Both the position numbers and the translations under genes were made by a program. The notes beneath the pieces were generated by a model, which saw only the letters and a program-made list of their open reading frames with translations, searched no databases and was not told where the DNA came from. Below, piece by piece: positions 30,321 through 38,299 of a stretch of 64,000 bases of DNA (within the stretch, counting starts at the first letter, position 1; each line of letters opens with the position of its first letter). Source of the DNA: Bacteroidales bacterium (lineage in GTDB: Bacteria > Bacteroidota > Bacteroidia > Bacteroidales > VadinHA17); NCBI GenBank assembly GCA_025454755.1, contig JALONV010000001.1, forward strand, positions 11,950 through 75,949. The letters are read 5' to 3'.

Positions 30321-31493
30321 CTAAGAATAAGCAGAAAATTCCTGAAATTCTTTTCTGAATTCTTCAATTTCACATTTCCATCGTTCCTTTTCTGTTTTTA
30401 TGTCATCTCTGTTAATGAGTACTGTCCTGATGCCTGAATCTCCCGATAGTATATCAAAAGGCATCAGTTTTTCTTCATACTCATAAGGAGGCTCCTTGAA
30501 TTTCAGAGATCCGGGGGCAGAAGTTTCAATAATTGCATCAAAGATCTCCATAGCCACAGCTACCGGGAAATACCTGGCCGGATCCGTAACATGAATCTGA
30601 ATTCCATGGCAGACGAGATCTCTGTATTTATTGAATGTAGGAATGAAATCATGCTTTCTGAATCTGCATCCTTCGACATTTCTGTTTTCAAGGTTTCTGA
30701 TAAGTTTATCGGAATTCAGGAAAGGAGCTCCAAAAAGTTCGAATGGGATGGTGGTGCCTCTGCCCTCGGATAGATTAAGACCTTCGATCAGAACAGTTCC
30801 CGGATAAACAATTGCAGTCTGAGGTGTTGGCATGTTGGGAGAGGGGAGTACCCATGGCAAACCAGTTTCATGATATAATGTATCTCTGATCCAGCCTTCC
30901 ATCCAGACAATATTAAGGTCGCACGATGGATAATACTTTGTTTTTATCCAGAGAGCCATCTCTCCAATAGTCATTCTGTGGCAGAGAGGTATTGAGGCCC
31001 CTCCGACAAAAGTAAAAAAATCCTCTTTCAGAACGGGTCCGTCACACGGAATCCTGCCAATGGGATTTGGCCGGTCGAGAATCCAAACAGGGATACTTGC
31101 CTCAGAACATGCCTCAATGCAAAGCTTGACGGTCCAGACATATGTATAAAGACGTGCACCAACATCTTGAAGATCAATAATAAAAGCATCAAGATCCTTC
31201 AGCATAAATGGGGCAGGTTTTCTGTGCTTGCCATATAGGCTGAACAAAGGTACTCCATATATTGGATGCTTTCCTCCTTCCCACTCAATCATGTTATCCT
31301 GGGTCTGGCCGTATATGCCGTGCTGCGGTCCGAAAATAGTGGTCAAACGGCAATCTTTCCGGTCCGAAAAGAAGTCAATGATATGAACGAAATCTTTTGT
31401 TATACTGGAGGCATGACAGAGTACACCAATATTTTTGCCAGCCAGCTTGCCTGGCAATTTGCCGGATATTATATCGAGGCCTGTCTTTACCAT
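30321..31493 (-). CDS. DUF1343 family protein (NamZ-like exo-beta-N-acetylmuramidase candidate)
   Basis: 'GVLCHASSI', 'IFGPQHG' and 'IDLQDVGARLYTY' are typical DUF1343 motifs. Confidence 0.7.
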   Translation of the reverse strand: MVKTGLDIISGKLPGKLAGKNIGVLCHASSITKDFVHIIDFFSDRKDCRLTTIFGPQHGIYGQTQDNMIEWEGGKHPIYGVPLFSLYGKHRKPAPFMLKDLDAFIIDLQDVGARLYTYVWTVKLCIEACSEASIPVWILDRPNPIGRIPCDGPVLKEDFFTFVGGASIPLCHRMTIGEMALWIKTKYYPSCDLNIVWMEGWIRDTLYHETGLPWVLPSPNMPTPQTAIVYPGTVLIEGLNLSEGRGTTIPFELFGAPFLNSDKLIRNLENRNVEGCRFRKHDFIPTFNKYRDLVCHGIQIHVTDPARYFPVAVAMEIFDAIIETSAPGSLKFKEPPYEYEEKLMPFDILSGDSGIRTVLINRDDIKTEKERWKCEIEEFRKEFQEFSAYS

Positions 31494-31586
31494 TATCTCA
31501 CATCTTTCTTTACAAAGATATAATATTCAACGTTGCACACTTTTCGATTATCTTTTTTATGTTTATGGCACGAAATACATGAAGCT

Positions 31587-33353
31587 ATGAATTACCAGGA
31601 CTTAAGGAATTTTTTGATGATCATCCTTTTGATATTTTCCTCCTCATGCGGGAAAAAATCAACCAGTAGCATAGTTATACTGGAAACCACAGATATCCAT
31701 GGGGTTATAATGCCATTTGATTATATTGAAAAAAAGCCGCTGGATGCTTCTCTGGCAAACTCCGTAACCTATATAAGATATCTGCGGAACCAGGAAGAAC
31801 CCGTTTTTCTTCTTGATAATGGCGATAATCTGCAAGGCCAGCCAGCTGTATATTATTACAATTATATTGATACCGTTTCACCGCACTTTCTGTCGGAAGT
31901 GATGAACTGGCTGATGTTTGATGCAGGGACAGTCGGAAATCATGACATTGAGGCAGGCCACGCTGTATATGACAGATTATCAGATGATTTCAAATTTCCT
32001 CTGCTTGCCGCAAATGCTGTTGACGTCAAAACCGGTCAGCCCTATTTTACTCCTTTTGTGATCATTGAGAAAAACAATATAAGGATAGCTGTTCTTGGAT
32101 TAATAACTCCTGCTGTCCCGACATGGCTTCCTGAGAAATTATATTCGGGCATTGAATTCATGGATATGGTTGAAACAGCACAAAAATGGATGCCTGAGAT
32201 TTTAAAACAAAATCCAGACCTTGTGGTCGGGCTATTCCATTCCGGTTGGGACAGGAATGAAGGCGGCTCAGAAACCTGGGATTCAATGAGGGAAAATGGC
32301 GCAGCTGCAGTTGCATACAATGTTCCGGGATTCGATATAATTTTCTGCGGGCACGATCACAGGGTGGCCAATGAGAGATACACTTGTAAAAATGGAGATT
32401 CAGTGCTCATTCTTAATGGAGGGAGCCGATCTGAGCACCTTGCACAGGCCAATGTAACATTTTGCAGAAATCCGATAACCCGCAAAATCCGGATACAATC
32501 GTCCGGGAAAATTATAAATGTCAATGAATTCACGCCAGATAAAGATTTTGTCAATGCGTTTATCGGCCAGGACCAGGAAATAAAAAAATATGTGAATAAG
32601 GTTATTGGCAATTCTACAGCCGATATCTCTTCAAGAGATGCCTATTTCGGTCCTTCAGCATATGTTGATATGATCCATTCGATGCAGCTTGAAATCGCGG
32701 AAGCCGACATTTCCTTTGCTGCACCCTTATCATTTGATGTACAAATATCGAAAGGACCACTTACAGTCGGGGATCTGTTCAAACTTTACAGGTTTGAAAA
32801 CATGCTTTACACAATTGAGCTTACAGGAGCAGAGATAAAGAAATATCTGGAATATTCATATTCTGAATGGCTTAATACAATGCATAACGCCGGCGATTAT
32901 CTCCTGAAATACAGGATCGGGCAGAACGGAAAGCCTGTACTTACCAATAATAGAGCCTGGTTGAGGAACCAGCCCTATGATTTTGATTCAGCTGCGGGAC
33001 TGGATTACATTGTTGATGCAAGCAAACCTGACGGAGAGAGGATAACCATTATCGCTTTGACTGGCGGAGGGAAGTTTGATCTTAATGAAAAGTACAGGGT
33101 AGCAGTCAACTCCCACAGGGGAAGTGGCGGAGGCGGCCATCTGACTGAAGGTGCAGGGTTAAAAAGCAATGAACTGAGATCGAGACTTCTTTCGTCTACC
33201 AAACGGGATCTGAGATATTATATCATGCAATCTATTGAAGAAAAGAAGACAATAGAACCATCCTCGCTGAATAACTGGAGAATAATTCCTCAGAACTGGG
33301 CAGAGGCTGCAGCTGCCAGGGAATATGTACTTCTTTTTGGTGCAAGCAGGTAA
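31587..33353 (+). CDS. Bifunctional metallophosphatase / 5'-nucleotidase lipoprotein
   Basis: Lipobox-like 'LIFSSSCG'. Metallophosphoesterase motifs 'TTDIHG', 'DNGDNLQG', 'GNHD' and 'GHDH', plus a C-terminal 5'-nucleotidase-like domain. The ATG at 31587 is preferred over the track start at 31533. Confidence 0.8.
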   Translation: MNYQDLRNFLMIILLIFSSSCGKKSTSSIVILETTDIHGVIMPFDYIEKKPLDASLANSVTYIRYLRNQEEPVFLLDNGDNLQGQPAVYYYNYIDTVSPHFLSEVMNWLMFDAGTVGNHDIEAGHAVYDRLSDDFKFPLLAANAVDVKTGQPYFTPFVIIEKNNIRIAVLGLITPAVPTWLPEKLYSGIEFMDMVETAQKWMPEILKQNPDLVVGLFHSGWDRNEGGSETWDSMRENGAAAVAYNVPGFDIIFCGHDHRVANERYTCKNGDSVLILNGGSRSEHLAQANVTFCRNPITRKIRIQSSGKIINVNEFTPDKDFVNAFIGQDQEIKKYVNKVIGNSTADISSRDAYFGPSAYVDMIHSMQLEIAEADISFAAPLSFDVQISKGPLTVGDLFKLYRFENMLYTIELTGAEIKKYLEYSYSEWLNTMHNAGDYLLKYRIGQNGKPVLTNNRAWLRNQPYDFDSAAGLDYIVDASKPDGERITIIALTGGGKFDLNEKYRVAVNSHRGSGGGGHLTEGAGLKSNELRSRLLSSTKRDLRYYIMQSIEEKKTIEPSSLNNWRIIPQNWAEAAAAREYVLLFGASR

Positions 33354-33455
33354 ATGTAATATCCCGGGATTCAGAAGATAAAATATATCCCCTGGTTATT
33401 TCGTTTATAAGTTTGTAATATTACTTGTGTTTTTGATTTTATAAGCCTGATCAAA

Positions 33456-34082
33456 GTGGGAGAAAAGCAAAAGAAAGATTTTGGGATTGAATTGCCGCTT
33501 GTGGAGGAGTTCTATTCCATACAGGGAGAAGGATATCACACAGGCAAATCGGCATATTTCATACGCCTCGGAGGCTGTGATGTGGGATGCAGCTGGTGCG
33601 ATTCACGTTTTGCATGGGATCCGGAATTGCATCCGCTGGTAAAAACAGAAATACTTGTAGAACGTGTAGTGAGTTCTGGTGCTGATTCAGTGGTAGTTAC
33701 GGGTGGCGAGCCATTAATGTGGAACCTTGATCTGCTCTGTGAAAGATTAAAAAGGAATAATATTTGCACATTCATTGAGACATCGGGGGCATATCCTGTA
33801 AGCGGTAAATGGGACTGGATATGCCTTTCGCCGAAGAAGAAAATGCCGCCAAAAGGCAAAATATGCCGGATGGCTGATGAACTTAAAATTATAATTGAAG
33901 AGAAAAGTGATCTTGATTGGGCGGAAAAATACAGGAAGCTGGTCAGAAAAAAATGTCATCTCTACCTTCAGCCTGAATGGAGCAGGTTCGAAACCATCAT
34001 CCCTGAAATTGTCACATATGTCAGGAATAACACAGAATGGAGAATTTCCCTGCAGATTCATAAATACATGCATATACCATAG
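33456..34082 (+). CDS. queE: 7-carboxy-7-deazaguanine synthase (radical SAM)
   Basis: 'EEFYSIQGEG...FIRLGGCDVGCSWCDS' is the QueE N-terminal region and CxxxCxxC cluster motif. 208 aa. GTG start. Confidence 0.8.
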   Translation: MGEKQKKDFGIELPLVEEFYSIQGEGYHTGKSAYFIRLGGCDVGCSWCDSRFAWDPELHPLVKTEILVERVVSSGADSVVVTGGEPLMWNLDLLCERLKRNNICTFIETSGAYPVSGKWDWICLSPKKKMPPKGKICRMADELKIIIEEKSDLDWAEKYRKLVRKKCHLYLQPEWSRFETIIPEIVTYVRNNTEWRISLQIHKYMHIP

Positions 34083-34089
34083 TACAAAA

Positions 34090-36024
34090 ATGAAGCATTA
34101 TCTCGCAATATTAATATTTCTGGCATCCTGCAGTGTTTCACGCGACAGCTTTTCACAAGGCCTTCATACATCTTCAAGCAGGGCAGTAAAACTATATACT
34201 GAGGGGATGAATCATTATGATTATAACGAGATTTCAAAGGCAGAAGCTTTCTTCAAAGAAGCGCTTTCGATTGACAGCAGTTTCTATGAAGTGCATATGA
34301 TTCTTGGAGAACTTTACACAAAAACCAGAAACTATTCAGAAGCTGCAAAAAGCTATAGTGCTGCAGTGAACATCGATTCAACTTCGTACCGTCCGGTATT
34401 CTTCAGTCTGGCAAATGCAGAAATGATGATCGGGGATTATGCGAATGCTCTTATTCATTATAAAACCTACCTTAAAAGCAAAGGGGGATCGGAGAAAAAC
34501 AGAAAAATCGCCCTGAAGAACCTTACGAACTGTGAATTTGCTGTTGAAGCAGTTAAAAATCCGGTATCCTTTAATCCGGTCAACATAGGATCAAATATAA
34601 ATACCGCGGACGATGAATACTGGCCATCAATAACTGCGGATGGACAGACGCTGATGTTCACAAGACAGGTATATTCTGACTATTATCCCTCAGGTATGGC
34701 TTCAAGTCAGGAAGATTTTTACGTGAGTTTTCTTAACGATACCGGCTGGGGTCAGGCAGTAAATGCAGGAGAACCGCTTAACACACGTTCCAATGAGGGA
34801 GCTCAGACTCTCTCTTCAAACGGGAATTATATGTTTTTTACTGCCTGTGAGCGCTCCGGAGGACTGGGTAGCTGCGACATATATTTTTCTGCATTTAAAA
34901 ATGGGAAATGGTCCGTTCCATATAATCTGGGCTGGCCGGTGAATACACCTGCGTGGGAATCAACACCATCGATAAGCGCTGATGGCACAATGCTTTTTTT
35001 TACCAGCAGCCGGCAGGGTGGAAAAGGAGGGAAGGATCTCTGGTATTCCATTATCAGAAATGGTAAATGGTCGAATCCTGTGAATCCTGGCAATAACATC
35101 AATACTGATGGCGATGAAATGTCTCCTTTCATACATTTTGATGGAAAAACACTATACTTTGCTTCTGATGGTTTACCAGGCATGGGTGGCTTTGATATTT
35201 TTATGACCAGGATGAAAGAAGACAGCACCTGGTCAGAGCCAAGGAACCTGGGGTATCCTATTAATACAGCGAGTGATGAGACAGGACTTGTGATTGATGC
35301 AAACGGACAAAAAGCATATTTCTCTTCAAAACGGGATAACAAGAATGGCAAGGATATATTTTATTTTTCACTTGATGAATCGGTAAGGCCTGATCCTGTT
35401 GCCTATCTCAAAGGCAAGGTTACGGACAAAGAAACAGGCAAGCTGCTTAAAGCAGACTATGAACTTATAAACCTTTCTTCCAATAAGGTTCAGGTGAAAA
35501 GCACTACTGATGAAAACGGCAACTTCCTGGTTTGCCTGCCATCTGGATACAACTATGGCATAAATGTTACAAAATCAGGTTATCTTTTTTATTCCGAGAA
35601 CTTCATGTTTGAAGGGATTCATTCTGTTATGGAACCGATGGTAAAACGAATAAACCTTAGTCCTGCAAGAGTGGGAGAGAAGATGCTGCTATCGAACGTT
35701 TTTTATGAGGTTGATTCCTGGGAATTGAAACCGGAGTCAGTGGAAGAGCTTGACAATCTTGCAGAGCTTATCCTTTATAATAAGGATATAGTCGTAGAGA
35801 TCGGCGGATATACTGATTCAACAGGCACTGACCAGCATAACCTGGTTTTGTCGGAAAAAAGAGCTTTGTCGGTTGTTAAATACCTGATCGGCAAAGGAAT
35901 TTCCGGGGACCGTCTGCAGCATAAAGGCTATGGAAACACGTCTCCAATAGGCGATAATGTTACAATTGAAGGAAGGAAACTGAACAGGAGAACAGAGGTC
36001 AAGGTTGTCGCCCGCAGTCAATAA
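34090..36024 (+). CDS. OmpA-family protein with TPR, PD40 (TolB-like beta-propeller) repeats and a C-terminal OmpA domain
   Basis: Signal/lipobox 'LAILIFLASCS'. Repeated 'N(T/S)..DE..P.I(S/T).DG..L.F(T/A)S.R' PD40 motifs. C-terminal 'GYTDSTGTDQHNLVLSEKRA...NRRTEV' OmpA peptidoglycan-binding motif. The track ORF start at 33895 overlaps queE and was rejected. Confidence 0.8.
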   Translation: MKHYLAILIFLASCSVSRDSFSQGLHTSSSRAVKLYTEGMNHYDYNEISKAEAFFKEALSIDSSFYEVHMILGELYTKTRNYSEAAKSYSAAVNIDSTSYRPVFFSLANAEMMIGDYANALIHYKTYLKSKGGSEKNRKIALKNLTNCEFAVEAVKNPVSFNPVNIGSNINTADDEYWPSITADGQTLMFTRQVYSDYYPSGMASSQEDFYVSFLNDTGWGQAVNAGEPLNTRSNEGAQTLSSNGNYMFFTACERSGGLGSCDIYFSAFKNGKWSVPYNLGWPVNTPAWESTPSISADGTMLFFTSSRQGGKGGKDLWYSIIRNGKWSNPVNPGNNINTDGDEMSPFIHFDGKTLYFASDGLPGMGGFDIFMTRMKEDSTWSEPRNLGYPINTASDETGLVIDANGQKAYFSSKRDNKNGKDIFYFSLDESVRPDPVAYLKGKVTDKETGKLLKADYELINLSSNKVQVKSTTDENGNFLVCLPSGYNYGINVTKSGYLFYSENFMFEGIHSVMEPMVKRINLSPARVGEKMLLSNVFYEVDSWELKPESVEELDNLAELILYNKDIVVEIGGYTDSTGTDQHNLVLSEKRALSVVKYLIGKGISGDRLQHKGYGNTSPIGDNVTIEGRKLNRRTEVKVVARSQ

Positions 36025-36025
36025 A

Positions 36026-36052
36026 AAATGGCCGTCTTGGTGACGGCCATTT
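36026..36052. terminator. Bidirectional intrinsic-terminator-like hairpin
   Basis: 'AAATGGCCGTC' (36026-36036) pairs perfectly with 'GACGGCCATTT' (36042-36052) across a 5-nt loop. A/T runs flank it. It lies between convergent stops at 36024 (+) and 36097 (-). Confidence 0.65.
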
Positions 36053-36096
36053 ATACTCATGCTTGACAAAAATCAGACATTGCAACAAATTGAATT

Positions 36097-36933
36097 TCAG
36101 ATTGCGATCATGGAATTGACAAATTTGTTTATGTTGATATCCGAGCCTTCCGCTGTTTCCTTTGCGGGAACTGAAAAGTAGATGCCGGTGCCGGTGAGCC
36201 CGTTGCATTCAATCCAGACAGCTCCGCCCAGAATTGAAATAATTTTCTTGGCCAGGGTAATGTTAATCGCTGAAACTGTATCATTGTATTTGGCAAGCGA
36301 TCCATTCAGATCTTCAGTATGAAGAAATTCTTTGCATTTGAAATAACCCTGGCCGGAGTCCAAAACATAGAAGGTTACTTTTTCGTCCCTGAATTCATAA
36401 CCTATCTTTATATACCCTGAATTTGTATTTTGCAGCGCATTCTGAAACAGGATGCGAATTACCCTGAATACCCTGTCAGAATCAATAATAACATCAGTTG
36501 GATCGGGGCAGCTTTCTGTCACGAGAACAACATCCTGCTGACCTTCTCTTTTGATCATATCCCTGAATTCAGCGAGAAGTTCATCCAGAACATTGGTGAG
36601 TTTGCATATTCTCAGATCAGTTGTTAGTTTGCCCGATTCAATGATTGCAGAATCAAGAAAATTGTCCAGTAATCCTATCAGCTGTTCACACGAAGCAAGT
36701 ATCTGATTGCTGAATTCCTCTCTTTCGGAATCATTGTTTGAGTTCCGGTTCATGAGGTATGAAAACGCCACGATTGCATTCATGTGGGTTCTCACTTCGT
36801 GCGACATCCCGGTCAGGATAGTTGGACAATTTATCATACTTAGATTTGTTGAAACATCGACCTTACGAGTACCGTCCTTATTATCAGCATTATCTGATCC
36901 CAAACCCATCGTATGTAATGTAAGGTTTCTCAT
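36097..36933 (-). CDS. Histidine kinase core (HisKA + HATPase_c) without a recognisable sensor or TM domain
   Basis: H-box 'SHEVRTHMNAI', N-box 'LFQNALQNT', G1 'VLDSGQG', G2 'GLTGTG'. Only about 40 residues precede the H-box. Confidence 0.85.
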   Translation of the reverse strand: MRNLTLHTMGLGSDNADNKDGTRKVDVSTNLSMINCPTILTGMSHEVRTHMNAIVAFSYLMNRNSNNDSEREEFSNQILASCEQLIGLLDNFLDSAIIESGKLTTDLRICKLTNVLDELLAEFRDMIKREGQQDVVLVTESCPDPTDVIIDSDRVFRVIRILFQNALQNTNSGYIKIGYEFRDEKVTFYVLDSGQGYFKCKEFLHTEDLNGSLAKYNDTVSAINITLAKKIISILGGAVWIECNGLTGTGIYFSVPAKETAEGSDININKFVNSMIAI

Positions 36934-36952
36934 GTTGTGGAAAACGATTTAA

Positions 36953-37699
36953 TTACCTTATTCTTTTCAAAACTTTTCTTGCATCTTTCCTGTATATGCT
37001 TTCCGAATTAATTATCATTTTCAACTGCTCAATAGCACTCTCTTGTTCATCTGTCTGTATAAAACATAAGGCAAGATACCATTGTGCATCTTCAATGTAC
37101 AGGTTGCTGTTATTATCCACGATAGTTGTAAAGGATTGTTTAGCTACCGGGTAGTCTTTTTGTTCAAACTTTGATACGCCATACAACATGGTTGATTCCA
37201 TATCTGCAGGATTGTTCTTCAGTACCTTACTGAAATATGTGGCTGCAGTGCTGTAATCGCGGATGTTATAATAGTCCAGTCCTGTTTTAAAATCATCGTT
37301 GGCTATACTCTCTAAAGATCTTGAAGGAGAAATTCCTTCAAAATGGGTGCTGAACTTCTCGAGAATCTCATTGCCCGACATATTTCTCCCGTTATACAGA
37401 AGAAAGCTGCCAAGAAGTATAAAGACTGAGATAACTGCAGCATATTTTATCGCAGAATGCTTCCCGGGATTCTTTGCAGTTACAGCTTCTGCTCTCTGCC
37501 TTTCTATCTCACGAAGCTTGCTTCTCAGAAGAAGCGATGGATGATTCGAAAGAACCTTGTCTGTTCTGAGCCTCAGCGAAACTTCATCACGAAGTTTCTC
37601 GTTTCCTTCAAGTTCCTTTCGGAACCATTGTTTTTCAGCGTCATTCATCTCACCGGCATTATACCTTTCGATGAAATAGGAAAAATCAATTGTTTTCAT
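36953..37699 (-). CDS. Single-pass membrane protein with a C-terminal (predicted periplasmic) TPR domain; anti-sigma-factor-like architecture
   Basis: A charged N-terminal domain of about 90 aa, the TM helix 'AIKYAAVISVFILLGSFLLY', then TPR-like repeats ('YYNIRDYSTAATYFSKVLKNNP', 'FEQKDYPVAKQSFTTIV', 'AQWYLALCFIQTDEQESAIEQLKMI'). The functional label is inference from architecture. Confidence 0.55.
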   Translation of the reverse strand: MKTIDFSYFIERYNAGEMNDAEKQWFRKELEGNEKLRDEVSLRLRTDKVLSNHPSLLLRSKLREIERQRAEAVTAKNPGKHSAIKYAAVISVFILLGSFLLYNGRNMSGNEILEKFSTHFEGISPSRSLESIANDDFKTGLDYYNIRDYSTAATYFSKVLKNNPADMESTMLYGVSKFEQKDYPVAKQSFTTIVDNNSNLYIEDAQWYLALCFIQTDEQESAIEQLKMIINSESIYRKDARKVLKRIR

Positions 37700-37852
37700 A
37701 GAATTATCTTATTTGTTTTTTAACTCATTATTATCAAATCAAAAATCTATATTCTTATATGTCATTGCAAATCAATAACATGCAATCCATAGAACACACA
37801 TTATTTCATATATTCATTCATACCGGGCCATTTAACCCGCATCACCTGTTGT

Positions 37853-37873
37853 ATCATCCGGATCCCGGATGAT
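37853..37873 (-). terminator. Perfect 9-bp stem / 3-nt loop hairpin downstream of the GG-leader peptide gene (attenuator/terminator candidate)
   Basis: 'ATCATCCGG-ATC-CCGGATGAT'. It lies 52 nt after the peptide stop on the minus strand. No clear U-tract follows, so its function is uncertain. Confidence 0.35.
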
Positions 37874-37924
37874 TGTTTATTCCTGGTTATCCTGTCCTCA
37901 TGTCCAGGAATATCATATTCTTGC

Positions 37925-38062
37925 TCAGATCTTTACCGGGGGAATAGGAGGTTTAACAATCGGTTCATCCATATTGCCTCCGCGTACTTTAATCATTTCT
38001 TCCATTGACAGTGCAAACGCAGCAAAAAGTTCAGTCGTGTTTTTGAAATTCAGGGTTTTCAT
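37925..38062 (-). CDS. 45-aa double-glycine (GG) leader peptide precursor: MKTLNFKNTTELFAAFALSMEEMIKVRGG / NMDEPIVKPPIPPVKI
   Basis: Translated by hand from the minus strand (ATG 38062-38060, TGA 37927-37925). The ORF is below the track's length cut-off. Residues -12..-1, 'LSMEEMIKVRGG', fit the L-S-x-x-E-(L/M)-x-x-(I/V)-x-G-G leader consensus for C39-peptidase ABC exporters. Such an exporter is encoded at 41908..44094. Confidence 0.75.
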   Translation of the reverse strand: MKTLNFKNTTELFAAFALSMEEMIKVRGGNMDEPIVKPPIPPVKI

Positions 38063-38220
38063 TTTTTAAAGTTTTTTAATTATAAATACTAAATTCAGGG
38101 TATTTCTTTCAATCGTTTTTCAATAATACATGTAATAACTACCCGATTTGTGACACGAAAAAATCAATTATTTTTAAAATATTTTTTTAATACTTGAATA
38201 TCAATAATATACAGAGGCGT

Positions 38221-38267
38221 TATTTTTGAAACAGAAACGTTAAATTTGATATTTCCGGATATTTTTG
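38221..38267 (+). promoter_or_regulatory. Three TAnnTTTG (-7-box-like) motifs upstream of the TPR-CHAT gene
   Basis: 'TATTTTTG' at 38221-38228, 'TAAATTTG' at 38241-38248 and 'TATTTTTG' at 38260-38267. The Bacteroidetes primary-sigma -7 consensus is TAnnTTTG. The region is AT-rich, so chance matches are plausible. Confidence 0.3.
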
Positions 38268-38299
38268 AGATCTTTCAAGGGGAAAAACAGCAGTTTTTG

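Noticed and set aside
33895-34089. N-terminal 65-codon extension of the OmpA-family ORF as given in the track.
   Set aside because: It overlaps queE in another frame. The ATG at 34090 is followed immediately by a signal-peptide/lipobox sequence (MKHYLAILIFLASCS).
34827-35351. Minus-strand 174-aa ORF.
   Set aside because: It is antisense to the PD40-repeat region of the OmpA-family gene, whose repeats are clearly coding on the plus strand.
37925-38062. Idea that the small peptide is a lanthipeptide, sactipeptide or other RiPP precursor.
   Set aside because: The predicted core NMDEPIVKPPIPPVKI has no Cys, Ser or Thr. No radical-SAM/SPASM, LanM/LanB, YcaO or similar modifying enzyme is encoded within the locus; the queE at 33456 is a housekeeping radical SAM enzyme.
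37869-38069. Plus-strand 66-aa ORF from the track (MIVYSWLSCPHVQEY...).
   Set aside because: It is the mirror image of the minus-strand GG-leader peptide gene. It has no recognisable motif, while the minus-strand frame matches the double-glycine leader consensus at every conserved position. It is most likely an antisense artefact.
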